Origin: Piromyces finnis finn
Taxonomy: Eukaryota; Fungi; Neocallimastigomycota
Direction of reading: 5' to 3'
DNA length: 64,000 nt
NCBI GenBank assembly: GCA_002104945.1
Contig: MCFH01000002.1
Coordinates: 1,736,001 to 1,800,000, forward strand
The notes beneath the pieces were generated by a model. That model did not search any database. It was not told the origin of the DNA and was given only the letters and a program-made list of their open reading frames with translations. Shown piece by piece: positions 1 to 20,215 of the stretch; position 1 is the stretch's first letter, and every line of letters begins with the position of its first letter. A program made the position numbers and the translations under genes.

Positions 1-815
1 TCACAATTTTATTATTATATTATTATATAGATTTATTAATTAATTTTAAATTAAACAATATATTTAATATATCAATTATTTTAAAATTAATCCATGAACT
101 TATTTATTAGTTAAAACTTTAATATTTAAAAAAAAAAAAACATTAAATATAAAAGAAAAAAAGGAAAAGTTATTTATGAATAGATGTTTTAGATAAATTA
201 TATTGTACTAGAAATTTTTAATAATAATAAAAAAATATAATTATTTAAATTAACAAATTAACCTTTAGTCAATTAAATTAAACCATTTATAATTTAACTA
301 TTATCAATGATTATTTATAAGTAATAAATTTAAAATTAAAAATAGAAAGAGGTAATTTTTAATTTTTTTATATTATATATATTTAATCTAATTTGAGATT
401 CCAAATATATTTGAAATCTTAAAACTATTATTGTAATCCTAATTCATTAAAGAATAAAATAAAGAAAAGTAACAACAACAGCAACAATATTAATAAATTA
501 AGATGATAAAGTGATAAGCTTTAACATAAAATAACAACAACAACAACAATATATATACATTAGCATATAGCATATAGTAATTATATATATTTTTTAATTT
601 TTAATAAATCTTGTTTAATAATGACAGTTATAATAATAATAGTAATAATAATAATATATATATTTTAAAAATAATTCTAACAATCCGTTTTCTTGATTTC
701 TATTTATTTATTTTATAACTTTGTAATAGATTAATTAAGATTTAAATTAATATATACAATATTTTTTTAATTCAATTTTAAAGCTCATTAACACCTGACA
801 TCATTTAAATATAAA

Positions 816-6271
<5,456 letters not shown>

Positions 6272-7796
6272 TTTTAGAGAGATATAAAGATGAATAAAAT
6301 AAATAAATCTTTTTATCATTTATTTAATTTGTAACTATAATAGTAATAGTAATTTAATTCCTATGTAATATAATATTTTTCTTTTATATAAGTATTTATA
6401 AAGTTTTTTTTTTTCCCCTTCAAAAATATAGATTCCTTTTTTTCTTTTTTTAAATAAATATATTAAGCTAAAAATAAATGCAATTATGTTTTTTTTTTTT
6501 TTTTTTTTTTTTTGTGATGAAATAAGCAATGTACATTTTTTATTATTAAATTCATTTTATTAATATTAAAAAACTTCACAAAGTTTATTTATAATAGATT
6601 TGTAAAAAGTCTTTTATTATTTAATTATCAGGTCATTTTTTTTTCTCTTTTAATTTTAATTTAATAACAAAATCTTTAAACTTTAAAGTTTTTGCTTTTT
6701 TATTTTTAGTAAATCGAAGGTTCAGAAAGATGAATGCATATTATCAGATATAAAAATATATTATTATGTTGGTAACAATAATTTATTCATATGTTTGTTT
6801 AAAATAAATGTTTTACTAATGCTAATAAATGTATATATATTTATATTTTTTTTTTTTTTTATATTATATGGGTGTAATAACATTAATAACATTCTATAAT
6901 AAATTATCAATTATTTAAATTAAAACTATATTTATAATGTAGTAGTATTTTTGTGATTAAGCTATTAATAACAAGAAAAAAAAAATCACAAGAAAATAAA
7001 TAAATAGATAATTATTTATATCTATAGGATAAATTGTAAATTATTAGTAAATATTATATTTAACACTTTATTCCTTTATCCTTTTATTATTATTATTATT
7101 ATTAATTATTTATTAATGAAATAAGAAAAATCGAATAATTTTCGAGTATATTAATTCATTTTTTTTTTAAGATTAATTGTAACAAGTAAAATTTATATAT
7201 ATATAGTTTTTATTTAATTTATTTTTATATATATTATTAATTAATTAATATATATTAAATAAAAACATTATTTACCTTATTCTGTTTTTTTTCTTCTTCT
7301 TTAAAAAAAAAAAAATACATTTTATTTTGTAAAAAAAACTTGAATTATTATTAATTATCCAGATTTTCTAAAATACATATATTTAAGGTAAATGACACTC
7401 TTGTAATGGATATTTTGATTCATTTCATTTCAAATCATGTTATTGTTATTTTTAAGAATTCAATGTTGCGTAAACAATAAACATTTTCAATATTTTTTCC
7501 TTTCAAAATTTATTATATGTATTTTAATTTATAGTTTAATAAAACAACAACAACAACAACAACAACAACGAAGTATATATAAAATTGTAAAATAAATATT
7601 ATTTATGAATATATAATATTTACATATATATTTTTGAATAATATTAAAAAAGATAATTTTTATTTTATTATTAATTTATAAAACAAAATCCTACCTACCG
7701 AAGATAAACACAAATAATAAAAAAAATAAAAACAAACAAAAAATAAACATAAACAATAAAAAGATAAAATGAGAAAACAAATATGCATACATATTT

Positions 7797-8031
<235 letters not shown>

Positions 8032-8145
8032 TATTTTATAAAAAATAATTTTTTTATTGATAATATATATATACTATTTTATTTATATTAACAACTAATA
8101 TTTATTAAAAATTTAATAATTTAAATAGAGTATCAATAAACGAAA

Positions 8146-8993
8146 ATGTCATCCAATGTAAGTTAAATATTATCAAGTTGTAACAGTAACAACAATATTG
8201 ATAAATATATATTAATAAACATATATTATTAATAAAAATGAATAAATAAAAAATAGGAAGAAGGTCATATTTATAATTTAACAGAAGAACAAAAACTTAT
8301 TCTTAGAGAATATTGGAATGCACTTTTTGAATACTTCACAGTTGAAGTTGATTATTCAAAATGTACTACAGATGAAGAAAGAGCCAAAGAACGTCAAAAA
8401 GTAATTGAAGGAAAGTTACATAAACGTTCTCGTATGAATTTAGATAATAGTTGTGATGATGGTGTATCTTCTGATATGGAAAATCTTCAACTTGGTGATA
8501 GTACAAATCAAATAAATGTTGATCCAGTCAATGGTCTTTTATCACCAAATGTTGATGCTAATTCTAGTACACCAATTACTTTAAGTACATCCAATCTTTC
8601 TTCATCATCACCAAATTCACCAAGTCTTACTCCAAAATTAGGTTCTAGATCACCAAAATTAGGTGCTAAGAAGGATAAACGTTCTAGTTTTAAGGGATTC
8701 CTTCGTAGAAAATCAAATAGTAATATTGCTGGTAATAATGATTCAGCAGCCAATGATTCTCCTTGTGGTAGCCCACCATATAGTTATAATACTCCATATT
8801 ATAAGGGTTTATCTGAAATTAAATTAGATAACGAAAATATTTTAGAATCTATGAAAGAAGAATTCTTCTATATGATGAGTTGTGATGAACCAGACTCTGT
8901 TGCTTTAAGATTCTTAAGAGCAAGGTAAATATATATTTATCAGAGTATACAGCTGTTTATTAATAATATATATAAATATTGAAACTAATATTC

Positions 8994-9025
<32 letters not shown>

Positions 9026-10424
9026 AATAGAAAATGGAATGTTAACAGAGCTATAAAAATGACAACCGCTTGTCTTCAATGGAGAATTGAATGGAATGTT
9101 AGAGCTTTACTTGAAATTGGAGAACAAGGTATAGATGAAGAAGTATTTAAGTCAGGAAAAGCATTTATTTTCGGTAAAGATAAAGAAAACCGTCCATTAA
9201 GGTAAACCTTAATTTCATATATTAATTCCAAATAATAAAAAAGATTTTTTTTTATTATTTTAATTTATTGTTAGCAATGCTTTAAAATTAAAATTTATTA
9301 TAAATATAAATAGTTATGTTAGAGTACGCAATCATAATAAGAATACTGTTCCATTATTTGAAAGCGAAAAATTCACTATGTTCTTATTAGAAACTGGTAG
9401 ATTATCTATTAAGCCACCTGTTGAAATGTGTTCAATTGTTTTTGATTTGACTGATTTTTCCATGAACAATATGGTAATTAAGAAAAATAAAACATAGATT
9501 AAATATATAATGTTTCAATGATAAGCAAAAGCTTATATAAGTAATTATTAATTTAATCTTCATACCATTTGATTTTAATCATCATAAAAAAAGGATTATC
9601 CATATGTCAAATTTGTTCTTCATTGCTTACAAAATTACTATCCAGAATGTTTAGGTGTATGCTTAATTGTTAATGCTCCATGGATTTTCATGGGTAATTC
9701 ATTCAATATTATAGATAAATTTATAAATCATTTTAATTATTTAAAAATAGAATAAAAAAAAATAAATATTACTCTTTTTATTATTTACTAAATAGAATAA
9801 TTATTAACAATACGTTGAATAGGTTGTTGGAAAATTATTAAGCCATTATTAGATCCAGTTGTTTCAGCAAAGGTTCGTTTTATTAAATCTGAAGAAATGA
9901 AAGAATATATTAATGAAGATCAGTTAATGAAGATCTATGGTGGAACTAATTCCTATGAATATAATTATATTCCACCATCATCAGAAGATATTGAAATGGA
10001 AAAGAAGAATAAGGGTAATGACAACCCAGAAAAATTCAAAAGAATTGAAGAATGGAGACAAGTTATTAAAGAATATGAAGATATTACCAAGGAATGGATT
10101 AAGAAATATGAAATGTTAGATAAGCAACTTCGTGCAGAATCTGCTGATAAGGCTGATTCTTTATTAAAGGTAGAAAAAGGAAGAGGTAACTCTAATAATA
10201 CTAGTCTTGAAAGTATACCTATTGACAATAAGGATGAATTATTACAAGAAGCTAATAAAATTGATAAGGATCGTAAAGCTATTGGTGAAAAACATAAGAG
10301 AGCTTTCAATAAACTTATTCCATATTTATATACTAGAACCTACTATCAAAGAGTAAAAACTTTTGATTATATTACTGAAGAAGAACTTGATGAAGTACAA
10401 AAGCAATTATCTATGAATCAATAA
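8146..10424 (+). CDS. Sec14/CRAL-TRIO lipid-transfer protein, CSR1-like (phosphatidylinositol transfer protein), 6 exons
   Basis: Exons 8146-8157, 8257-8924, 9031-9201, 9314-9473, 9594-9693 and 9823-10424 are phase-consistent. Motifs: GHIYNLTEEQ..L.EYW; D..ALRFLRARKWNV..A..M...CLQWR (CRAL-TRIO N); G.DKENRPL; VFDLTDFSMNNMDYPYVKF...LQNYYPECLG...IVNAPWIF.GCWKIIKPLLDPVV.AKVRF. Confidence 0.93.
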
Positions 10425-11373
10425 AATAACAATGTTAATAGAAATATATTAAGGCAGTATGAAAAGGTTAATTAAAATAAATAGATAAATTATTTTATTT
10501 AAATTTAAATTCCAGTCTTTTTTTAATTTCTCAATCTGAATAGTTATAATAAAAGAAAATAAGAAAAATCACCATATTTCTCACTCTTTATAACAAAACA
10601 ACAACAACAAAAAATTATACACACAAAAAAAAAATATGTATTTAAGATATAAAAAAAAAAAAAAAAAAAAAACAAGAAAAAAAAAAAAGAGAATAAGAAA
10701 AATTAAAAAAAAAAAAAAAAAAATAGGATACAAAAAGAGATTTTGTATTTTTATTTTTTTTTTTTTTTTTTTTTTTTTTATTTTTCTATTTTACAATATA
10801 TCTCTCTATTAATAAATCAATTTTAAAATTACTGTAATGTATTAAAAAAAATAAAATAAAATCTAGAATTAAAAAAAAAAATAAAGAAATAATAATAATA
10901 AAAAAAAAAAGATATAAAAGAATATTAAAAAGTAGATCTGTTATTCATTTGTTTAATATAATATTTCATTAAAAAATCTTTTATTTTTTTTTTTTTTTTT
11001 TTTTGATAAATAAAAAGTATTTAATGATAATGGTAGAGGAAGGATAAAAAAAAAAAAAAAAAAAAAATTCATTTTATAACTATTTAGTCTTTTATAGCTT
11101 AAGATTCAAAAGTGAATTATTAACAAAAAAAAATATATATTTTGTTTTGTATAAAATACATGAATATTTAATACTATACTACAATTATAATAGGAAATAT
11201 ATATATTTTTTTAGAAAAAAAAAGTTTGCCTATTTTTCCTATTACTACTAGAAAAATTTGTTTTTATTAAAAATGTTTTTTTTTTCTTTATACATTTTAT
11301 TTATTACATTAATATTAAAAGTTTTTTATTATAGAATTTTTTTTTTTTTTTTTAAATATTATTTATGAATATT

Positions 11374-11934
11374 TTATTGAATAGGAATAGTACGTTTTCT
11401 ATTATTATGATGTTCTATTTTATTAAATAAAACTTCTAAGACTCCATTTTCCATTTTTGCTTGAATATTATTAAGATCAGCATCTTCTGGAATAGTAAAA
11501 GATCTTTCAAACTTACCATAACTACATTCTATTACATGAATTTTCTTTTCCTTTTCATCTTTCTTTACGGCGGCGGTATCTCGAGCTTTTGTTTCTTTAT
11601 TATTGTTTTTTTCTTTATTTTTATCACTATCAAAAAAGGATTCTCTTTCCCCCGAAATGGTAAAAGTATGATCATCCGTAATTTCCATTTTAATTTGATC
11701 CTTACGCATACCTGGTAAATCAGCATGAATATAATAATTATTTTCATCTTCAGTAAGGTTAATACTTGGAGAAAAATCGACTAATTTTTTTTCTAAAGAA
11801 TTTATGTTATCATTTTGAAGACGATTATTCTTTCGATGTTGATAATAATGAAATGGATACATCATTGGAAAAGAAGGAATCAAGGAATGATTAAAGAACT
11901 CATTATCAAAATCAGGAAATAATGGATAGGTCAT
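11374..11934 (-). CDS. Small heat-shock protein (HSP20/alpha-crystallin domain), intronless, 186 aa
   Basis: FSPSINLTEDENNYYIHADLPGMRKDQIKMEI...ISGER...IECSYGKFERSFTIPEDADLNNIQAKMENGVLEV is a classic HSP20 signature. Confidence 0.96.
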   Translation of the reverse strand: MTYPLFPDFDNEFFNHSLIPSFPMMYPFHYYQHRKNNRLQNDNINSLEKKLVDFSPSINLTEDENNYYIHADLPGMRKDQIKMEITDDHTFTISGERESFFDSDKNKEKNNNKETKARDTAAVKKDEKEKKIHVIECSYGKFERSFTIPEDADLNNIQAKMENGVLEVLFNKIEHHNNRKRTIPIQ

Positions 11935-14048
11935 CTTGAATAATTTAATAAAATATTATATACACTATTTTTAAATATGTCAAATAGATTTAATATATAT
12001 GTTTAAATACTACTATTACTACTAAAAATAATAATAATACTACTAAAAATTACTACTACTACTACTAAATAAAATATTGATCGTTTTAAACGAATCCACT
12101 TGGTTTTTATATTACTTAGGCAAAAGTCATTGTATTTTATTTTGATGGCATATTAAAGAATTTATTTTATTAAATTTTATATAGTTTATTATTATTACTA
12201 TTATTGAAATTCTTTATTATTTTTAAATGAAGAAAAAATGTTTTTTGGTGATGAAATAAACTTTAACCTCAAATACAGTATAAAATAAATTAAAGTATTA
12301 CAGATAAACTTTTATAAAATTCAAATATTATTGAACTATTTAACCCTAAAAACAAATAAAGTATAAAATTATAGTAAAAAAAAAAAAATAATCAAGTCAT
12401 TATATTTATTATTTTCAGAATTTGAAAAAAGTATTTTTTTTTATCATTTTTAATCATTACTATCATTACTTGATTTCTTTTTTTAATAATGTATCCATTT
12501 CATTATTATATTCATGTTCATTCACCAGGTAGATTCAAGGATTAAATTAAAATGGAAACTACTAAATGAGTAAGCTTTTATCATTATTATTGATGAAATA
12601 GAAATTATCGATAGTGATAAAAATAATACTATGTCATAAATATAAAATATTAATATATATTTAATATTGTGACATAATAAAATAGTATGTCAATAAATAG
12701 CATCGTAATATATTAAACAAAATAGTATAGTTAATAAGCTTTAATTATTGTAAAAAGTGGTATTAAAAAAAAAAAAAGGTTTAATTCATTTTTTTTTCTT
12801 CAAATATGAATTATTATGGATTAGATTATTTATATTTGTTTTTTTTAAAGTTAAAAAAATATCATGATCATCCAAAAATACATTAATTGGAATTAATGGT
12901 TAACTTCACCACCACCATTCCTTATTTGAGACATATACTATTATTTAAAAATAGTTCTTAAATCTATATATTTTTTTTAAAGAAAAAATAAAGTTCCAAA
13001 AATTTGTTTCTTTTATTAGCAAACAACTGGTATAAAGATGAACTATTTTAATTATCATTAAAAAGTGAAATAAACGATTTTAATTATTATAATATTTTTA
13101 TTTAATAATAAAACACATTCCATTCATTCTGCTAAATAAGGTGTAAAAAAAAGTTTTTAGGTGAATAGGATAGTGGTAGTGGTGGTGTATACCAATAAGT
13201 GATAAGTATATAATTAAATACATTATTATATTACAAAATAAATAATGTACGTACGTATTTGAATGAATCATTGTAATTAAAAAAAAAATATACAATAAAA
13301 TAAATAAAAACTAATAAATAAAATAGATTAAAATTTATTAATTAAATTTGATGAAAAAAAAAAAAAAACTAATAAATATATTTTATCAAAAGTTTTTTAT
13401 ATTATTTTCATAAATAATATAAATCGTGTGAATTATTATTCATAGATACTACATACCATTTTTTAATTAAAACAAAGGCATAAGTAAAAAGGTAAAAAAA
13501 TACTTTTTTTCATATAATTTATTTTTATAACGCTTCATTTATTTGTGTATTAATAAAATTCACTTTAATCACCAAAATTTTTTTAATTTTTTTTTATTGA
13601 AATTTCTATAATAGTATAAATATAAATAAATAATAAATAAATAAATTTAATAATAAAAATTTTATTTTTTTTTGATAATAAAAAAAATTTTTTATTTTAT
13701 GAAATTAGACAAGATAAAAATATTTTTATTTTTAAAAAATACACGAAATAATAAAAAAAAAAAATTCATGAATTTTTACCAACAAATTAAATAATTTACA
13801 TCAAATAAATTGATTACTATTTAATTATATAATAATCAGCATTAAAGATAAACAGAAAAGAAAAAAACTCATTTATATTTTAAACATTGAATATATTCTT
13901 AATTATAATGTCAATTTTTTAATTCATTGATCAAATTAAAATAATATTTGTTTATATTTATTTATTTATTTATTAATAAATAAATAATATTTTTTTATTT
14001 ATAAAAATTTTTTTAAATTTATTTTTTTTATAAAACAAATTTATAAGA

Positions 14049-17000
14049 ATGTCATATAAATCAGGAACTAAATTTAGGTCTCGGAAGATAGATAATAAAA
14101 GACCACTTGCAGTTTATCGTTCTTCTGAACTTCAAGACCTCAATGAACTTACTAATTTAAGTAGAGCAGCACCTATGGTTGCTACTGGTGTTGAAAAGGA
14201 GGAAGAAGAGGTTTGTCTAATTATTATTAATAATAATAAAGAAGGAATTTTTATAATATATTATGAGTATACTAGAATATGTTAATGTTTAAAATTATTG
14301 ATTCAAATAATATACGCCATCCATATATTAACATTAATAATAGTTATAGGTTAGAATTGAGAAAAAATTTTACTGTAAAATAATTGGATTAAAATTATAA
14401 AATATGTAAATAATATTACATTACATAAAATTCTTATTTTGAACCAATAATAGCAAAAAATTAATTACAATTACATTTCATTTCTTATTTTCATATTATA
14501 TTGAAGAATGAAATATTTATTGTCATCATGAAATGTATTACATTATCAGTTTAATAATAAATATGAAGGATGTATTGTAACATTAAATTTGTTTAAAATC
14601 AAGCCACAAACAAATATACATAATGTAGGAGTGTGCAATAAATAATAACAGTAAATGTCAATAATAGAAAGAAAGAAAAACAGTACACTGAAAGAACTAT
14701 AGAAACCATTAACTAATAAAGAAATATATATTATAACAAAAAAAATAAATAGAAATTTATTAATTATTAAATAAAATGAAATTCTTTTGAGACAGTAATA
14801 GTTTATTAGCAAAATAAAATAAAAAAAAAAATAAAAATTATTATAAAGCATAAACATCATTCTCAATTTAAAAGTTTAACACGAATAATTATATAGGATA
14901 ATACCTATAAAAATTGTTAATATAATTAATTATTATATATATTAAATAATATAAAGTAATGCATTGAATAAACGTAATTTTTTAAAATACATTGAATAAA
15001 TTTATTTGCTTGTTAGTAATTTCACGAATTGGTTTATTACATAAAATTATTTATAATGTCATTTAAAAAGACGCTTTTTAACATATAATGAAAATACTTA
15101 TATATACAATATATGTTGTATTTATTTACTGATAAGTATACTATTTATTTTTTTTTTTCTAAATTTATACACCTTTTTATTATTATTATTTTTTTTTTTT
15201 TGTGGATAAAAGGAATATCACTTACAAAATGCATTACATTCAACCCAATCTGGTGTGGCCCATCACACCACTTTTATACCAACTCCTGATGCATCAAAAT
15301 TAATAAATAATTATAGTGACTTTTATAAAAATCCATTTCATCAGCCAAAATCATTGATACGACATTCAATACCTATGGAAGAAGCAATAGGGTGCTTATA
15401 TAATATGGATGAGCAGGATGATATCTTTTTTGCAGAATATATGAAAGAATTAAAAGAAGGAAAAATAAAAGAGGAATCAAAAATTACAGAAGATCAATTT
15501 GAGGAAGTAATGCATGCACTAGAAACTTTAACAAATCAAAAGGTAAATTAATAATTTTTATTCATAATAATTAATATATAGAATAACTTGTGTCAATGGA
15601 TAATATGAAATAGTATAAAAATTTGTGTCAATGAACAATTTGAGATATAAAAAAAATTGTGTCAATGGATAATTTGAAATAGTATAAAAATTAAACCTGG
15701 CGTTTTTAAAATTAAGATATTTTCAATTTAATTGAAGGTGAATTTGATAAAATAAAAATTAGTAACATTTTTTTTTTTTTATTTTTGAGAAAAGTTGTTA
15801 TACTTTATTTTAAGACAAACTTTATTAAAGAATAAAAGTAAAAAGAGAAAATTAAACAATAATAAATTACCATTGAGGGTTTATATAGTGTTTTTTTAAA
15901 TTATAAATTAAATTTTATATATTAATTATTTATAATATTATAACAATAACAGTTTGGTGATGATTTATCAACATTAGAAGAATTACAAGAATATATGAAT
16001 ACCCAACTTCATCCACCACCATCTGCATGCTATCATTATATATATGAATATTGGAAAAAGAGAAGATTGCAAAGAAATAAAAAACCTATTCAACCATATT
16101 TAAAAACAGAAGAATTGAAAATAGATTCAGATCCATATGTTTGTTTCAGACGTCGTGAAATAAAGACTTTAAGAAAAACAAGAAGATGCGATGCTTTATC
16201 ACTTGAAAAATTAAAACGTTTACAAAATGAAATGGAACAGGCGCATCAACTTATGGAGATGGTTTGTAAAAGAGAAAAATTACGTCGTGATAGTCTTCTT
16301 CTTGAACATAAGATTTTTGAACAAAAGATATTGATACGGCAAATGAAAAAGAAATTAGGTGTTGTGTCCTCTGAAAAGATCCAAAATGAAAATGATAATT
16401 CTATTCTTCCATTATCTGAAAATAAGAATGGTTATAAAACCAACAACGTTAACGGTAATTCTGGTATATCAATAAATGTACCTGGTACTCAAGCTAATAT
16501 TAATAATTTAAATAACGTTGGTCATACAGGCCATACTCGTGTAAGAAAGAAGATGCGTAAATCACATCACTTTACTGGTGATGAGTCAAATGCTAAACGT
16601 TTAACAATACCAAAAATTAAAATACGACAATCTAGTGTGTTACATACAGATGAAATGGTTCGCTCTGCTTCTGAAAAGGCTGCTCAAGCTGAAATTAATT
16701 CCAGAAATGCTAAAAGAACAGAAGAAGAGAAGGCTGGATGGATTGATCTTATGGATTTACCAGATCCAACAGAAGACTTACCATTTACCCATCAAGGAAA
16801 TTCATATTATCAATCAGATTTACCATTATCTATTGATTATAAAACATTCTCTCTTCGTAGTTCTAAGCATTTGCCCTTTGCAAGAAGACGTATTGGTAGA
16901 GGTGGTAGAATTATTTTCGATAGACGCGTTTCTCTTCAAAAAATTAGAGAAATTAAAAAGTTACATAAACATTCTATTGGATTATTAGGTCATCCAGGAT

Positions 17001-20000
17001 CTTATGAAGGTCGTTTCCAAAGTCATAGTGGTAAGGGTAAAACAAAACCAAAATTACCATGGTTAAAGAATGCATATCCACAACGTCGTGAATCTGTTGA
17101 TTATCAATGGTTTGATGAATGTAGTGATTTAGATGACTTTGAAAGTGAAGAAGAAATACGTGAAGATACCAATACCCTGGCTTATAATGCTGGTATATAT
17201 AATGAAGCAGATCAAATGGTTCTTCAAATTAAACCTGCATTCCCTGAACAGTTTAACCCGCAATACAGTATGAATCATAATAGAATATTTAATAATATAA
17301 ATATTTTCCATTCTATTTCTAATCAATTTTTATCAAATAAAAATAATGACATTTTATTAGGATCCTTATCTGTTGTTACTCCTGGTTCATCCATAACATC
17401 CATATCTAATAATAAAACTAATATTAATCCTTCCACGTCACTGTTTAATTCCCAAGTTAATTCATCATTATCCCAGAATCAACCATCATCAACGTCACAG
17501 ACTCCTCACATGATTGCAACTCCAACTCATCCACAAGCATCTTTGACTCCAAAAAATCCAAAAATAGGTAATCCTAATATAACACCAGGTTCAGTTACAA
17601 CAATTTCAACACCTACATTAGCGACAAAGACAACTTCAACGCTTTTGGTTAATGGTCATATATCGCCAGTATCCAAAATTAGTGGCATTGAAACGCCAAA
17701 CAATCTTCCGTCTAATATGCCTTCAACCGTATTCGACCCAACAACATCTATTCTTCAGTCATCTATTTCTAATAAAACTCATATAACCACACCAGTAATG
17801 ACTACTGGAAGTCCAGCAATGAAAGTTAATGGTGTTGTTGGTAATACTCTAAAACAACAAACATCTGTTAGCAATACTAAATTTAATCCAACCGCCGTAA
17901 ATACTCAATCTTCTCCAAATAGTATATCCATAAAGACAATACCTACTGGCTTAGCAGCCAATACCCTTTATGCAACTAATGCTGCTATAGCTTCTACTAT
18001 AACTTCAACGAATAAGCCATCTACTCCATCGGCTGCTTCATCAACTAGTAATAAGACTATGGGTAATTTAATGAGTAGTACTAATACAAAAACAATAGTT
18101 AGTCCGAAGGTAATAGCAACAATGAATCCAATAACAGCTGCTACATTAAAAAATGGTAATATTAAATCCATGAATGTTAATACGATAAATACCATAAATG
18201 GTGTAAATCCATTGAATGCTATGAACGCTATAAATCCAATCAATACTATGAATAAGATGAAACTTGCTCAAGGTTATGCTACCTCACCTGTAAGTGAAGC
18301 TAGTATTAATTTAGAAGGTCTAAAGAATCAAGCTTATTTAACTCAAGCTACAAAAAACCAAAGATTATCAAGTCCATATAATGCTGCTAAGAATTCTGCT
18401 TTAAATCCATATGGTTTAGCAGGTGCTAATGCCAATGTTTTGGCAAATGCTAAGATGAATTCCTATTATAATAATACACTAAAGGGAAATACAACTGCTA
18501 CTACACAAGCTAACACGTTAACAATAAATGGAAAGACAGGTATAAATGTTCAAGGTAATACAACTACTGTAACAGCTGGCTCATTTAATTTAGCAGCAAA
18601 TCAAATTAAAGCGGTTAACGATTCTCAAAAAGTTCAAACAACACAAGCTCAAACTGTTAAAACAACCACTGTTAAAACATCTACAACTTCAAGTACTGTT
18701 CCTACTACCACTACTAGTACTCCAACTAATGCTACTTCTACAGCAATAACTTCCAAGGCGACTGTTTCATCTACTGTGTCACAGACTCCAACATTACCTG
18801 CATCACTACAACCTACTGCTGCTGCTGCTTCTACTACTACTACCCCATTAATGAAGCCTAAGACTGCAAGTCCACTAACTACTGTTAATACAACTAACGC
18901 AACGGAGTTGGCCTTGACATCATCACCTAGAACGACGCCTGGTTCTGTTAAGAGTACAGCTCGAAAAACTATTAGAAAAGATACCCCAACGATAAATGCT
19001 GCAACCCTAAAGTCAGCACAATCTACCCCAAAATCTAAAGCAACAGTCGAAGATCCTAAATCTCTTAACATTCGTCAAATAATGCAGGCTCAAGCAGCTC
19101 AAGCGCAAACACAAGAATATGCACAAACAAAATTGAAGCAACGTTTACAACAAACTATTGGTACAGAAACTACTGCAGCTTCTCATCTTCATAGTGTCAG
19201 TTCTACTAGCACTACACAAGGTACAACAACAACAACAACAGGAATAGTTAATCCAGCAGCTGTAGGTGTTATTAATAACCAAACAGCTGCAACCACAGCT
19301 ATTAATGTCAATTCAGCTAATGCTATTAATATATCTAACTTATCTACTGGTGCTGTTGATATTAATGCAGCAGCAGCAGCACAATCCTCACCAATGATAT
19401 CAACAGCTAATTCACACATTTCACAGAATATTAAGAATGTTTTATTGAATTCACAACAAGCTAATCTTATTCATGAAGGTAATATAAATAGTTTTGCTGG
19501 TTCAGGTCTCTCACCTCAAAAAAATATATCTAATCTTGCTCTTGTGAATAATATAGCTGCCCAACGTCAACAACAACAAAATAAATTATTAATGACAGCA
19601 GCAGCAGCTAATCAAAGTGTTGTTGGTTTGAGTCAAGCCAATCTTTTACAAAATCAAAGTATTCAACAACAACAATTACGCATGCTTCGTCTTCAGCAAA
19701 TTAGAGGTGTAGTACCAAATGCAACAGCAATGGGTACAAATATTACATTACAGCAACAGCAAGCTTTACTCTATCGTCAACAACAGCAACAGCAACAACA
19801 ACAGCTTTTAAGTGTTCTTCAACGACAAAATAATATGGTTGGTATGCCTGCCATGCCAATGATGGTAGGTCCAAATGGATTAACAAAGGGTGTTGCAGCA
19901 AATGGATCACCACCTCGTCAATATGTCCAACCTGGCTTCCTTCCACAATATCAACAAACACAGCAGCAAAGAAATCTTATGATGATGCAACAACAAATTA

Positions 20001-20215
20001 AAATGATGAATAATAAACAATTAGCAGAACAAGTCAATGGTGGTTTAGGAAATAACGCTGCCCTTATGATGGGTTTTAATGGATTAAGTGCTGTTCCCAA
20101 TGCAAATCAAATTTTAATCAATCAGCAACGTGCAGGATTACCCGTCAACGGATTACTTAGTACAAAAGAAGATTTAGCTAAAGCGGCAGCTCTAAGTGAG
20201 ACCAAAAAGCTATAA
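14049..20215 (+). CDS. EPL1: Enhancer of polycomb-like protein (NuA4/Piccolo histone acetyltransferase subunit) with a long Thr/Ser/Gln-rich C-terminal tail, 3 exons
   Basis: Exons 14049-14210, 15213-15542 and 15953-20215, all phase 0. EPcA motifs: FRSRKID.KRPL.V; TGVEKEEE.EYHLQ; IPTPDA; YNMDEQD; ITEDQFEEVM..LE; IYEYWKKRR; DPYVCFRRREIKTLRKTRR; ARRRIGRGGRIIFDR. Confidence 0.95.
15588..15692. repeat. Intronic minisatellite, 3 x ~34-35 bp (core TTGTGTCAATG) in EPL1 intron 2
   Basis: Core starts at 15588, 15623 and 15657. Units 1 and 3 are nearly identical (ttgtgtcaatggataat[a/t]tgaaatagtataaaaat). Confidence 0.9.

Noticed and set aside
11935-12600. Heat-shock elements or TATA box upstream of the HSP20 gene
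   Set aside because: No clean array of alternating nGAAn units was found, and TATA-like words are uninformative at this AT content.
14211-15212. Intronic snoRNA in the 1-kb EPL1 intron 1
   Set aside because: A box-C-like word occurs only on the antisense strand, with no matching nearby box D or terminal stem.
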